Shown here piece after piece: positions 1 to 13,807 of a DNA stretch of 64,000 nt. Origin of the DNA: Eledone cirrhosa (lineage: Eukaryota). Numbering within the stretch: the stretch's first letter is position 1; every line of letters begins with the position of its first letter. The notes beneath the pieces were generated by a model, which saw only the letters and a list, made by a program, of their open reading frames with translations, ran no database searches and was not told the DNA's origin. A program made the position numbers and the translations under genes. The DNA lies in contig OZ024743.1 of NCBI GenBank assembly GCA_964016885.1, positions 328,290,001 through 328,354,000 of the forward strand. The letters are read 5' to 3'.

Positions 1-823
1 AAATTTTTTGCATATCTCAGTGAGTACAGCAATATCTGCCTTAATTCCAATATATGGGCTAGTATTTGATTACACAGGCAGCAAATTAGCAGACAAATTA
101 GAATACAGGACATAATGCTTTTTCTCTTTCTGGGGTTGATAAATAAGGTGTCAATCCAGAGATGGTGGACTGGCAGAATTTTTTCAATATTGGATGAGAT
201 CTTTTGCAATATATATTCCGACAGTTTGTGTTCTGAGTTGAACTTATGACATAAACTACTTGAGTGGTAGACATAATCTGTCAACTAGTTTAAAACCCCT
301 ACTTAGCCCATGGGTAGTTAGACTTAATCTGTCACCTGGTCCTTGGGAGGTTAGATATATATCTCACCTCGTTTAACATCACCACCTGGTCCTTTGGTGG
401 TAGACTTAATCTGTCACCTGCTTTAACATTACAGAGTGTACTGGGAGCATTTTATTGTGGCACCAGCACTACCATTTTACAGTGTATACTGGGACCATTT
501 TATCATGGCACAAGCACTAACCTATACATGTGTGGAAAATACATGTTAAATGGTGATGATGATGAGGATGATGATGATGATAACCAGATGAGTGTTGGTA
601 TCATGATAAAACACACCCAGTACACTCTGTAAAGTGGTTGGTGAGGGAAAAGGAGCCAACCATAGAAAACTTGCCAAAGAAAGAGCCAGGAGGACTCTTC
701 AGTTGTGTCAATGACATGACAAACTCCCTAGTGCTGGTGCCACAATGAAATGCACCCTGTATACTCTGTAAAATGTGTAAATGTATGTAAGCAAGATGTG
801 TACAGGGGTCCACAACTCACTTA

Positions 824-1113
824 CTCTCGGGTCCCAAATAATAGGGAGAGTTGGAATAAGCCGAGTGTGGGGGGGGGGGGGTAATTTTTCTATGTTATCG
901 CCCTTGAGTTTTTTTAAAAACCAGAATTAGTTGTTTAGTTTACATATTGAGATCCCAACTTTTTTGTTATATATAATGTTTTTTAATGTCTAAAGAAAAT
1001 TAATTTCTACCACTTAAAATAAAATTTCACCTGAGATAGATTAGCAAAATTTAATAAGCAGGGTGTAGTGTAAAAAAAATCTGAAAAATTAATGATTATT
1101 CGAGACCCGACAG
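824..1113. mobile_element. TA-flanked MITE (Tc1/mariner-type termini), family A
   Basis: Ends read TA|CTCTCGGGTCCCAAATAA ... TTATTCGAGACCCGACAG|TA. Related copies lie at about 8928-9332, 16298-16910 (interrupted by a SINE), 20562-21195 and 44488-44816. Confidence 0.75.
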
Positions 1114-1220
1114 TACATACCTGTCTGAGAGGACAGTAGCTCTAATATAGTACTGATTTGGTTTTTAACAATCTGTCCAACCCATGCTAGCAGGGAGAAT
1201 GGACATTAAATGATGATGAT

Positions 1221-1408
1221 AATAATTGTTTCTACTTTTGGCACAAGGCCAGCAATTACTCAGTACATTACTGGTACTTTATTTTATCGACCCCGTAAGG
1301 ATGAAAGGCAAAGTTAACCTCGACGGGATTTGAACTCAAACCATAAAGGCATGTAACTATGCTAGAAAGCATGGCGTCCAACCCTCTACTGATACTGCCA
1401 ATTCACCG
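1221..1408 (-). mobile_element. tRNA-derived SINE with Meta-like central domain
   Basis: Minus strand shows an A-box-like GGCAGTATCAGTAGAG, a B-box GAGTTCAAATCCC, the core GCCTTTCATCCTTACGGGGTCGATAAAATAAAGTACC and an (ATT)n tail. Many copies occur in the window. Confidence 0.8.
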
Positions 1409-2374
1409 TGATAATAATGAACTTTATAGTGTTCAACCTCAGACAGGTAAACCAGTGAATTGTTCTCCAATTAAAATCTAGACCAATATTTTATTACTGC
1501 TGCTGCTACTACGAGTCATTGTTATGGCTGTAGTGGTAGTAGTAGTAGTGTAGTAGTAATAGCACAAACTGCATTGAACTGAACTTTATAGTACAGTTAA
1601 TGGTCAAGTTAATCTACATACTTGTGCCTGTTTTTCCCTGGGTTTAAAACACAGAATTACTACTTAAAAATGAGGTTTATTTGACAGGCCTTGTACATAG
1701 ATTATAAATCCTCCTCATACTCCTCCTCATCATCACCATCCTCCTCCTCCTCACACCTCCGCCCCTCCCCTGCCTCCTCCTCCTTTATAGGGTCGTGGGT
1801 GCAGAGTCCTCAAACAATCCTTCCAGCAGGTCCTTTCAGAAGCAACAGTCTTCAACTGATCCTGCTGGATCCCCCTAGTGAGACCAGCCAAGCTCATAGA
1901 TGTTATCCAACCATCTTTCTCAGGTGTCTATCTACCTTAGGGTCTCCTTCCGGTTGGTTTTGCCCTTAAGATCTGTCTAAAACTCTCACAACCCAGTGAT
2001 TAAGAAACCCATTTCTAGATATTTTCTGCTAAATAATTACAAGATGAGTGAAGAGATTGTGGGCTTTTGAGTTTATCTTCATTAGTTGACCTTCAGATTA
2101 ATTGTTTCACTAAAGCTTCACATCTAATCTTATTTGTGCCAGGTTGATCTCATCAATCTTTCTCTGTATAACAAAACCTCGTTAGCAATGATCTCATCAA
2201 TTAGATCTCATTTAATTCTCCTATATGATGAACCTCATTAGATATATATATATAAGATTATATAATAAATACATAAGATAAAATATATCTAATACATAAT
2301 ATATATTACATAACATTCTCTTCCTAATTTTGTTGAAGTAATTTCAATTACTTATTAATGATTTATTCTTGCAG

Positions 2375-2498
2375 ACTGAGTGGTTCTCCACCGTTTTGGC
2401 ACCGTAAACAGATCTATATGCTGAGGGCAATCATGGAAGGCAATTATCAGTTCAACAGTTCAGAGTGGAACGATGTTGGCAACATGCCAAAAGATTTG
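2375..2498 (+). CDS. PHKG: Phosphorylase kinase catalytic (gamma) subunit, internal exon
   Basis: ttgcag acceptor and GTAATT donor. Encodes [41 protein letters not shown], the PHKG-type PPFWHRKQ motif in kinase subdomains IX-X. Upstream exons lie outside the window. Confidence 0.93.
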
Positions 2499-2570
2499 GT
2501 AATTTCCAATTGTCTTTCATTCTTATTTTTTTCCTTTGTTAATGAGTTTCAAAAAAACTTTTACACATTC

Positions 2571-2572
2571 AC

Positions 2573-2657
<85 letters not shown>

Positions 2658-3043
2658 GGCATATACACATGTTGTTTACACAAACACATTCACAAACATA
2701 CAGATATGCACACACAAACATACATACACACACACATACACGCACAATGACATACACATGTTGTTTACATACGCAGATTCACAAACATACAGACACACAC
2801 ACAAGCATACACACACATGCACACATACATGCACACATACATACACACACACACAATGACATATACACATGCACATACACATACATATACAGGCACACAC
2901 ATACACTCATGTGCATACACATACACACACATAGACACATATACATACAGATTCACACACATACACACATACATACACATACATACACACACAAAGTCAC
3001 ACAGACACACACACACACATACTTACACATATACACATACATG
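2571..3043. repeat. (CA)n/(CATA)n compound microsatellite
   Basis: Directly visible; it produces the HT/VC low-complexity ORFs. Confidence 0.95.
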
Positions 3044-3839
3044 TATTGAATTGGTTTGAAAAGTGCCAGTAAAATAGCTTTGTAGTTAGTGTGGTGAAGG
3101 TGACACTGACTGTTGAAGAAAAGAAAATGGTAAGAACTCTGGAGATTCTTGTTACAGACATAACAGTTTACCATTTTAGCTGTAGTATGTTAGTAGGTGT
3201 ATATAAAGTGATTCTTTAAGGTAGTGTATATAGATTGGTACATTATGTGTGTGTGTGATATTGAGTGTATATAGAATGATACATTAAGCTATATATAGAC
3301 AGGTATATTAAGGTGTATAGAATAGTGGGTGTATATATTAATTTCTCTGTTTATTTAATGTTTTTTGTTGCTATTTAGTGATGTTCCAGGTTCCAATTGT
3401 CAACGTTTGCTCCATTCCGAACTCTCTTTGAGCATCCATCCACACCTGCCAGGACAGATTGCAGGCCCATTTACGGCATGAGATAGAGACTGTAATATAT
3501 TTTTGGAACAGGCCCTTTTACTTAAGACCTGAATGCATCCATTGTTAACCCGCATGAAGGATGATGCAGTTTGGTTCTTTTTCTTACCTCTCACCATATT
3601 GCAGTTTTGGTGGACTTATTCACTCCAATCACCAATCTGGTATTTTCTAAAACCCGCGAAGACTAGGTTTTTTTTAGAGGCGGTCTTTACTTGCCTCATC
3701 ATAGTTACAGCACTGGGTTGTGAGAGCTTTCTTGGAAGCTACAGATGTCATCCATTGCTCCATCTCCCCACTTATAGTCTGCTTATATGGTAACTAACCA
3801 TCATATCTGGTAACTGTATTGCTATCCACCACCTGCAAC

Positions 3840-5440
3840 CCGTTCTCTAGCAGAACAGCTCTGCTTCTTGAAGCTTAGGCTGAAAGATAGGTCTCAGTGG
3901 GTGGTGCAAGTTTATGCACCAAACGAGGAGTCTGAATACAAATCCCTCCTTGATGAAGTCACTGCAGCATTAGATGTAGTTAAGACTGAGTCATATATCC
4001 TAATGGGTGACACCAATGCTCATGTTGGCACTGACTACCTGATATGGAAAGGAATAATTGGAAGGAATGGCGACCCTGATCTAAATACAAATGGAGAGGC
4101 CTTATTAGACTTCTGTTGTAGCAATGGACTCTATTATGAACACCTTCTTCCAGCACAGAGACATCCATAAATATACAAGATATAAGGGGAATCAGGGACA
4201 GAGATCAATAATTGATTTTGTTGTTGTCTCTGATCTCGCTGATTCTCTGCTGGATGTTCGTGTTAAGAGGGGGGGCTAAGCTGTCAACTGATCACCATCT
4301 AGTTATCTGCAACTTGAGACTACCTAAAGCCAAAGAAACCCATAAAATGGCCAGGTCTAGGGCGACCTACAGGAAAAAGTGGGAAGCATTGATGGATAAG
4401 GAAGTCCGTACCCACCATGCAGATTCTATTGCATCCAAATTGAGAAAACTCTCTAAGCAAACTGAGGATGTTGAAATGGAGTGCAGGAACAGTAAAGGCA
4501 TCCAAAGTTAAGACATGGGAGGACTTTGGGGTTAAACAGGAATCCAATTTCAGATCAGCAAATAAAGTGTTCTGGCAGACCATCCGCCGACTTTGTAATA
4601 AGAAGCCCTCCTCCATGTCTATTAGGAACGCATATCAGGTTCTCCTCCCTTTAGAGAGGTTCATCCTCACAAGGTGGAAAGAATACTTTACTGATCTCCT
4701 AAACCTGATCACAACAGCATCTTCTTATGTAGACGAGGTGCATCTGTTGTTAATAACTAATCTCTTAGAGGCTGAGGTCACAAGAGCAGTTAAAGAGCTC
4801 AAATGTGACAAGGCCACTGGGGAGGATGAAATTCATCCAGAGATGTTAAAAACCTTATACAGAGAAGGTATTCTCTGGCTGATTTGTGTGTGCTGGGTTG
4901 GGAAAGGCACCTAAGCAATGGCAGTTGGGAGTGATAATCCCAATTTTCAAAAAGGGAGACAAAAGGGAGTGCTCCAACTATAGAGGGATCTCCTTGTTAA
5001 GCCTCCCCAGTAAAGTATATGCTAAGTGATGTAGGGGAGATTGTCGAGTCCAAGCTTGCTGATGAACAGTGTGGTTTTCACCCCAGACACAGCTCAGCCA
5101 ACCAAATATTCACACTGCGGCAAGTCTTCGAGAAATCATGGGAATACTGCCAAGAGGTGTATTCTTGCTTTGTAGACCTTGAAAAGGCATATGACTGCAT
5201 TCCACAGGACCTGCTGTGGAAGGTTGTGTAGGAGTATGGAATTGTTGGTCAGCTTCTTGTTACCCTGATGTCTCTATGCGAATGCCCAAGTATTTGTGTT
5301 GGGAAAAATGAAGCTAAATCAAAAGCATTCAATGTGGAAGTTGGATTCCACCAAGAGTCCATACTGTCACCTCTTCTGAACAGGATTGACATGCACACCC
5401 GGCTTAGAAGTGGTATCATGATTTGCAAGTGGCAAACTCA
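3840..5440 (+). mobile_element. Decayed RTE-type LINE (APE endonuclease and RT fragments)
   Basis: Frameshifted pieces carry VQVYAP, ILMGDTNAHVG, STDHHLV, KATGEDEI, EQCGFHPRHSSANQIFTLRQVFEK and FVDLEKAYD, with multiple stops. Confidence 0.85.
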
Positions 5441-5697
5441 GTTGGCAAACTCTTTCTTAGACATTTTCTTAGATATTAAAAGTTAAGATATATCGTAAGG
5501 GGTAGCCATAAGTACCAGTAATACACTGGGGTTGATTTAATTGGCTTTCCCTTCTAAAATTGTACCTAAATCTAAAACCATTATTATTTTTATTATTTTT
5601 TTTTTAATAATTTATGTTTTATTTTATTTTTTGGTAATTGTTTTGGCAACTTCTGTTTTTGAACAATTATTCATGTCATGTTTTTCACATTCCTTAG

Positions 5698-5778
5698 ATC
5701 TCCAAATTGTTGGTTGTCGACCCCAAGAAACGGCTCAGTGCCAAAGAAGCATTGCAGCATCCGTTCTTAAATCGTGAT
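5698..5778 (+). CDS. PHKG: PHKG exon (end of kinase domain)
   Basis: ccttag|ATC...GAT|gtaagt. Encodes ISKLLVVDPKKRLSAKEALQHPFLNRD, in phase with the previous exon. Confidence 0.93.
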
Positions 5779-6544
5779 GTAAGTATATTTGAACTTATTA
5801 TTATAACAGACCTCTCTTGGTTTCAAGGATCACTGTTCCAGTTGCTTTATCAATAGAATGGCCTACTTATTAAATTTATGTGTAAATGACTGAGTTTTCC
5901 ACAAACACTTGTACCCTTAACAAAGTTCTCAGGGAGATTCAGCATGACATAGTGTATAACTAAGAGGGAATTTTGAATTATAGCTACAGTCTATCTTCTA
6001 AATGGCTGAGTATTCCACAGACAGGTGTACGCTTAACAAAGTTAACATAGACATGCAATGAGTGTAGGAGAGCCTGCCTCAACAAAGCTAGATTAAATAG
6101 TCACAAAAGGAGCCATATAAAAAGGGCTGATACAAATTATGTTAGTGCATATGGTATAACAATCTGTCATCAATGTGGTAAAGTCTGCCAAAAAAGCAGG
6201 AGGCCTGAGGCGGGACATAAAAGTACATGGCAACCAGCCATTGATTCTTATTGCCAAAAGCCATGTTTGCAACATCTGTGCCAGAGAATGTACGACTCTT
6301 GCTGGCCTAAAATGTCACATCTGCACTACATACAATGGCTTTACTTGAGTGTGAGGGAGCTGCAATCATGTATGTGTGTGTGTGTGTGTGTGTGAGGTGT
6401 GTGTATGTATGTGTGTGAGGTGTATGTATGTTGAGACAACATTTTTCACTTGAAAGTCATTGAATTTCTTACGGTTGGGTCCCACATTCAAATCTATCTG
6501 TCCTTTCATTGTTTCACATTAGATTACTTTGTCAGGATATTGCA

Positions 6545-6985
6545 TCATGTCACCTGTATAAGATATATACCTGAGTCACCTTATGGTTTGTTAGGGCATT
6601 ACATTATGTCACCTGTATAAAATATGAAACAGTCACCTTACGGTTTGTTAGAACATTACATTATGTCACCTGTATAAAATATGAAACAGTCACCTTACGG
6701 TTTGTTAGAACATTACATTATGTCACCTGTATAAAATATGAAACAGTCACCTTACGGTTTGTTAGGACATTACATTATGTCACCTGTATAAAATATGAAA
6801 CAGTCACCTTACGGTTTGTTAGAACATTACATTATGTCACCTGTATAAAATATGAAACAGTCACCTTATGGTTTGTTAGAACATTACATTATGTCACCTG
6901 TATAAAATATGAAACAGTCACCTTACGGTTTGTTAGACCATTACATTATGTCACCTGTATAAAATAAATACCAGAGTTACCTTAC
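6545..6985. repeat. 57-bp minisatellite, about 7-8 copies
   Basis: Unit CATTACATTATGTCACCTGTATAAAATATGAAACAGTCACCTTACGGTTTGTTAGAA. Confidence 0.92.
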
Positions 6986-7224
6986 AAAAATTGTTGGCCT
7001 TGTGCCTAAATCAGAAACCATTATTTAACTACTGATATATGGTCAGAATCGAGGTCAACTTTACCTTTCAACCATTCAAGGTCGATAAAAAGTACCAGTC
7101 AAGTACTGAGGTCGATTCTTCCTCTATATCTCTTTCTCACTTCCTTTCTCTCACTCTCTATCTTTCTCTGGAAGAAATCTGCTGTATTCAGACCTGGAGA
7201 GGAGTTGGGCTCCACCAGGTTTAA

Positions 7225-7434
7225 CCCTTTAGCATTTAAACCGGCCATATCCGGCCAGAATTCTCTCACCTCAAACCAGCCATAACTGGCTGTTCATACT
7301 TATGTTAAGGTATTATTCTCAAAATAAATAATAGCAAAATCTTGTAGATTCGATATTATGTGAGATAATTATGAGATAAAGTGTTCATTGTGAAAATGCA
7401 ATAGTAAATAGAGAGTAATGTAAATGCTAAAGGG
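7225..7434 (+). mobile_element. piggyBac-type MITE (210 bp)
   Basis: TTAA|CCCTTTAGCATTTA ... TAAATGCTAAAGGG|TTAA, with an internal TTAA near the middle. Confidence 0.9.
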
Positions 7435-7603
7435 TTAAAAAGTGCTCTAGAAATGCTGTGTCAATACAGTGCCCCTACGACTCCCTCAGGAGTTACAGGA
7501 CCAAACATGTGGTCAGAATGTCTAAAGAAAGTTTCTATTAATATTATTTATCTTGTGTTTTAGTTATTTGTGATTTTATTTTTATTTTTTGTTTAATTTC
7601 CAG

Positions 7604-7648
7604 CTGGGAACAGAACAATCATCATTTAATGCTGTGAAAAAGTTTAGG
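7604..7648 (+). CDS. PHKG: PHKG short exon
   Basis: ttccag|CTG...AGG|gtaagt. Encodes LGTEQSSFNAVKKFR, the linker into the calmodulin-binding region; phase 0/0. Confidence 0.85.
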
Positions 7649-7779
7649 GTAAGTTACCTCATTCTCACATCTAATATCTACACTTACTAAACATATCATG
7701 TCTGGAACCACTCGTGTTGTTGCTATGTATGATTCCTGATTCTTATATTATGTTCTAATGACATTCTAGTGTTCTGCAT

Positions 7780-8050
7780 CATTAACATGAAACTAAACAC
7801 ATGTTAATGTTGTTTAGATATTGTGTCATTAACATGAAACTAAACACATGTTAATGGTGTTTAGATATTGTGTCATTAACATGAAACTAAACATGTTAAT
7901 GGTGTTTAGATATTGTGTCATTAACATGAAACTAAACACGTTAATGGTGTTTAGATATTGTGTCATTAACATGAAGCTAAACACGTTAATGGTGTTTAGA
8001 TATTGTGTCATTAGCATGAAACTAAACACATGTTAATGATGTTTAGATGT
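7780..8050. repeat. 48-50 bp minisatellite with internal palindromes
   Basis: Unit CATTAACATGAAACTAAACAC(AT)GTTAATGGTGTTTAGATATTGTGT, about 5 copies plus degenerate flanks to about 8270. Confidence 0.88.
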
Positions 8051-9474
8051 TCTATATTACAATCTTTAGCTTTTCTGTATCATTGACATTAAGCTAAACA
8101 CATGTTAATGACATACTGATGTTGTTTCATTGACATGAGCTGGTGTGCTGTGTTGTTGACAGGAAACTAAACACATGCCAGTGATGATCAGATGTTGTAT
8201 GTCATTGACAAGAAGCTAAACACATGTTAATGACATACTAGTGTTGTATGTCATTTATACAAAACTAAACATGTTCCTTTTATTGTTTGGCGTAACTGGC
8301 AAAGACTTGTCCCATGGATTGACCCTCATGTATTCTAAGTATGGAAGGACATCAGATAATGATAATAATGAAATTATTGTGTACAGTGCTCAGATGCACT
8401 ACAACTCATCAAAGGTGCATGTATAGTACATAGAATAATATACAAATGTTAGGGAAGTGAATAGTGTATGAGTCATGATATACAAGTGTGTATGTGTATG
8501 GAGGGGGAATATTAGGTGTAGTGTTGGTGAATCTCAGGAAGCATGGAGGTTTTAAAAGGATGCAGTGTCTCGGCAGCTAATAACTGATGCCGGGAGTTTG
8601 TTCCATGCTTCAGCAACTCTGAGCATGAAAAAAAAATGATACAATCAAGACTCTAGATACTTTCGATTGTAAATACTTTCATTATAAAATGTTATCATTG
8701 TTTCAATACAACCATATATACTGAGGGTAATGAATATCTTTGAAGTAAAAGACACAGCAGCTTTGATCTCAAATCTGATCTCAAATCTTCATATTCAGTA
8801 ATGAAAACTTGATACTAAACTGCCTGAAATTGCCCCTAAAGTGTTTGTATTTATCTAAAAACCTAATTTTGTGTAAGAACTTTTAAGTTGCATTGTAAAC
8901 ACCTAAATCAATAACGGTTTCTAATTCACTCTGGGGTCCCAGATAATAGGGTGTGTGTAGAATAAGTGGGGGCTGAAAAAATCATTAATTATTCCAGGCT
9001 GCTTCCCTTGATTTTTTTATAAACCAGAATTAGTCGTTTAGTTTGCATATTGAGACCACAAACCGTCCTATTTATTTTATAATCTATGAAATTTCTAGTA
9101 ATGTACTTTTTTGGCCATGTATAATGTTTTTTAATGTCTAAAGAAAATTAATTGTCGCAGGAATGCTACTGCTTAAAATAAAATTTCACTGGAGATAGAT
9201 TAGGAAAATTGAATAAGGTGGGCGTTGGGGTGAGGGTCGGGTGGAATTAGGGTGGGTGGTGGTGGTGGGGTTTTAGAAAAATTCTGAAAAATTAATAAGC
9301 GGTGTGGACGATTATTCAAGACCCGAGTGTAGGGACAAAGCCAGCAGTTTTGGGGATGGAGAAGTTGATTATTTTGACTCCCAGTACTTGACTAGTGCCA
9401 GAGGTGCTTACTAGGGAAAATAGCACCTATGGCAAGCTGTGAAACTGTATCCATTGACAATCAAAGATGTATGC

Positions 9475-9505
<31 letters not shown>

Positions 9506-10920
9506 CTTCATATGGCACCTATGACATGTACTATACTTGCCATACCCTAGTTACACCTCTGATCTGTACTTTAATGAATACAGATCGATGATAGGCAAAG
9601 TTTTGTGGGATTTAAACTCGGGACATAAAGAGGTGTAAGTAAACTATTTTGTCCAAACTCTAGCAATTTTGCCAATCCATAAAGCTTAAGAATGAGAAAG
9701 TTAGTTAAATCTCTCCAAATGCTTCATTAATTTCAAAATGATTTGAAAATCATGGGCTGTGTCATTTGGTAAAGAAAGGATTAAAGTATTTAACCCTTTC
9801 ATGAAATACACTTTATTTTAATTAATTAATTAATTATGAATTTTGAGGGATTTACTCAAATTATTAATTATTTCATTACTAAGTAAAGTTCTTATTTTGA
9901 AAGATTTTAATTTAAATTGGGTGGTTATATTTCATAAAACCAGAGCCAGTTTTTTGCTGGGCTGGGATCAAAAGGTTTGTTTTTTTCATGTGATCCCCAC
10001 ATTTACGATTTCAGTTATAACTCTGATACCCTTCCATAGTTAAGATATGTGATCGTCAACTGATGTGCCCAGTTGTACTAATTATTTAATTTATAAAGTA
10101 TTTATCTCAAGTCTATAAAAAACATTATAGACGTAACTGAGTGGTTAAGATGTTCACTTTACAATAATCCTTATGCTTTCCCTCCTTTACTTCACATTTA
10201 TGGCATTTATAGTCCTTTCCTATACAGCCAGATCTGCCCTTCTTTTCATTACTTAATTTTGTTTTTATCTTCTTTTAATATTTATAACATTGTATAACTT
10301 TTGTTTGTAAAATATAGTTGACATAATAAAACCATAGCTTAAAAAAAAAAAATCATGAGTTGCTGGGTTAGATCCCACCGTGTGATATCTTCGGCAAGTG
10401 TCTTTACTGTAGCTTTAGGTCAGCTGAAGCCTTGTTAATGAAATTGGGTAGACAAAAACTGTTTGGAAGCCAATTAGATGGATTATACCTGTAATTCAAA
10501 GCTCTGTCATATACTGTGTCACACTGATGCTGTTTGAGAATTATGTTAGGGGTACTCATGCCAGTGGAATACTCAAACACTTTGGTTTTAATTCACGAGT
10601 AAGATGGTCTGTCTGTCAAAAGACTGAATAATCATCACTGAAATCGACGAAGGATCCGTCATAAACATTAGTATTAATCAGTTGTTCCCCTTTGTAAAAC
10701 AAACAGCAGTCTTCCATAAGTTGTCTCCCGTTAAATCTTTACCCATTTCCGCTCTATGTAGTATGAATTTGGTGTATTCTCCGTTGGGATATTACTGTGT
10801 GTGTGTGTGTGCATACATGCACACAGACTCATAAATACACAGACATATATATATACACGTATATGTATGTATGTATGTATGTATGTATATATATATATAT
10901 ACGTATATGTATGTATATAT

Positions 10921-11492
10921 CCCAGTACAAACTGTCTCATGGTCGGGTCGTTGGCGACTAAACTGGCAACCCCACCAAGGTTTCTTGGTGAGGAGGGTGA
11001 CTTTGGACATCCTGCGCGACTAAAAACAAAACCTGTCAAAGGGTAAAGGAGCTCTTAGAGTCAATGGCCATCCAAAATCACCGGGAGAGATGACCCCTTA
11101 GCCTTTGTCAAGGTAGAATTCTAGGAGAAGGAAAACTCTGATATAACACCTGCAGCCCTGATGGTATCCAATGATGTTGACTTGTTCTTCTTTTTGGTAA
11201 ATATCATCTTGGTTAAGAGAGTGGGACTGGCTTTGTGCAGTGCCTTTGCTCACTATAAAAGCTTCACGGCACAGGCATTGCTTTATATCTGGAGATCTCT
11301 CTGCACTTGTCGTCACATGGTACCATGGGCCCAGCACTATGTGTCAATAATTGTCACAAGTGTAGTGTTTGTACCAGAGTTTTCAAGTCGCTGGCTGGAC
11401 TAAAAAGTCACACTCTTTCAGCGCATCGGTAGGGGTTCTCCTACATGGATATAAAGTAGTGGCCGTACTCGAAAACGAGTTGGCAGCCACCA
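10921..11492 (+). mobile_element. Young interspersed repeat resembling an RTE LINE 5' region (non-coding)
   Basis: A near-identical inverted copy lies at about 35531-36098. It contains GGAGAAGGAAAACTCTGATATAA, reminiscent of RTE 5' UTRs, and is flanked by (TA)n/(TATG)n. Confidence 0.65.
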
Positions 11493-11561
11493 TATATATA
11501 TATATATATAATCTAGCTGTCGAAACGACCGGAGCTCGGCCGTTGGGGTCCTGACTCTTTT

Positions 11562-11595
<34 letters not shown>

Positions 11596-11598
<3 letters not shown>

Positions 11599-11945
11599 TC
11601 TTTGCCCACATATTCCTGAGAGGGTTGTGGGTGAAGAGTCCTAAAACACTTGTTCCAGTGAATCCTGTCAAAAACAACCGTCTCCAACTGATCTGGCTGG
11701 ATCTCCAAGCAAGACCAGCCAAGATCATGGATGTTATCCTACCATCTTGCTCAGGGTCTACTCTTGTGGTTTGTTTTGCTCGTAAAATCTGTCCAGCGAT
11801 TCTTTCTTGAGACATTCTAACCATATGCCCATAGTATCGAAGCTGTGACCCCTCAATTCAGAGTAGTGGCTCTACCTGGAGTGACTCTCTGATCTCTGAG
11901 CTACTCTATTGAGTAACATTACTCCAAAGACCCTTCGGATCTTTG
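11596..11945 (-). mobile_element. LINE (RTE-like) 3' end fragment
   Basis: Minus strand encodes LRYYGHMVRMSQERIAGQIL, matching the RRLRWxGHVxRM C-terminal motif. Confidence 0.7.
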
Positions 11946-12075
11946 TGTGGTGTGTATGTGTGTGTGTATGAATATATATGTATATATGTACATACACACA
12001 CACATATACATACACACACATATATATATATATATGTACATACACACACACACACATATACATACATACACACAG

Positions 12076-12120
<45 letters not shown>

Positions 12121-12406
12121 GTCTCTGTTCAGTTTCCCAGTTTCCATCTATCAAATTTCACACACATGGCATTAGTCAAGCTGGGGCTAGAGTAGAAGAT
12201 CATGCCCAAGGTGCCACTTAGTGAGATTGAACTGAATGCCACATGGTTGTGAAACAAACTCCTTAACCACTCAGCCATGTCTGTTACATATAGAATTCTC
12301 TTTTGTTGTAATTTGTTTTCCTCATGTAGTATTGTTATGATTCAAATTGGAACTAAATTTTTTCTCCCTTTTTTTTTTCTTTTGTCATTTTCCTATATTT
12401 CTACAG

Positions 12407-12667
12407 GCTGGCATTATATGTGTTCGGTTTTTCTTCCGACTGCAGTACTTCTATCAACATCCGCAGAATGTCTCCATGGACACATTGTTAAAGAATCCTT
12501 ATCAACTAAAAACTATCAGGAAAATAATTGATGGGTGTGCTTTTAAAGTGTATGGACATTGGGTGAAGCGTGGAGAGAACCAGAATCGTGCTGCTTTGTT
12601 TGAACATTCACTCAGAGATGACTGGAAAACGTCCGATAACTGGCGCACTTCAGAATTAACTCGATAA
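12407..12667 (+). CDS. PHKG: PHKG terminal coding exon (calmodulin-binding regulatory tail)
   Basis: ctacag acceptor. Encodes AGIICVRFF...RKIIDGCAFKVYGHWVKRGENQNRAALFE...ELTR*, the hallmark PHKG AFxxYGHWVK..QNRAALFE motif. Confidence 0.95.
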   Translation, partial: AGIICVRFFFRLQYFYQHPQNVSMDTLLKNPYQLKTIRKIIDGCAFKVYGHWVKRGENQNRAALFEHSLRDDWKTSDNWRTSELTR

Positions 12668-12919
12668 CTAATTCCACTAACAACGTTTTGATTTTTTTTT
12701 CTTTTTTTTTTTTTTTTTTTTCCTTAGCCACATTATTTCACCTGTCCATTCCTGCCTTACACCTATCCTCGATTCTATGTATATATTACCTTTTATTGTC
12801 TTTTGCCAAATTCCATACACCGCCACCACCACCACCACCACCACCACCACGTACACCATTGTGTCAGCGACAAGTGAAAAACCACAAGTGTCTTCATTTC
12901 CATCGAATAATGTTTTAAT

Positions 12920-12938
12920 ATTTATTTATATATATATT

Positions 12939-13009
<71 letters not shown>

Positions 13010-13031
13010 TTGTATATATATATATATATAA

Positions 13032-13062
<31 letters not shown>

Positions 13063-13072
13063 TGTTATGATG

Positions 13073-13110
<38 letters not shown>

Positions 13111-13468
13111 TATGTTATGATGTATATATATATATATATACATATATATGTAAATATATATATATTATATATATATATATATATATGTGTGTGTATATAT
13201 ACAAAAGATTTTCTCAGTTGAAAAACAAAGAAGACCCAGTTTAAAGGATTACTTGATACATATTAATTGTGGTTAATCTGTAGGAAATATATTTTATTAT
13301 TATTCAGTTTTCAGTTTGACATTAATTTCCTTGTCTCACTCTAGTATGGAGGTCCATAGAATATTAGCTTCTCCCTACTAGATTGGAACAACTAATTTCA
13401 TATTGAGCTAAAAACCAAAATATAAACGATATACTTATTTATATATAGATAGATACATATATATATGT

Positions 13469-13519
<51 letters not shown>

Positions 13520-13710
13520 TATATTATATATATTATATATATGTATGTATATGTATGTGTATATATATATATACATATATATATGTATGTATATGTATGT
13601 GTATATATATATATATAATATATATGTATGTATATGTATATGTATATATATATATACATATGTATATGTATGTGTATATATATATATACATATGTATATG
13701 TATGTATATG

Positions 13711-13755
<45 letters not shown>

Positions 13756-13765
13756 GTATATGTAC

Positions 13766-13806
<41 letters not shown>
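12920..13806. repeat. (TA)n/(TATG)n microsatellite blocks downstream of the PHKG stop
   Basis: Two long blocks at about 12920-13200 and 13440-13806. Confidence 0.95.
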
Positions 13807-13807
<1 letters not shown>
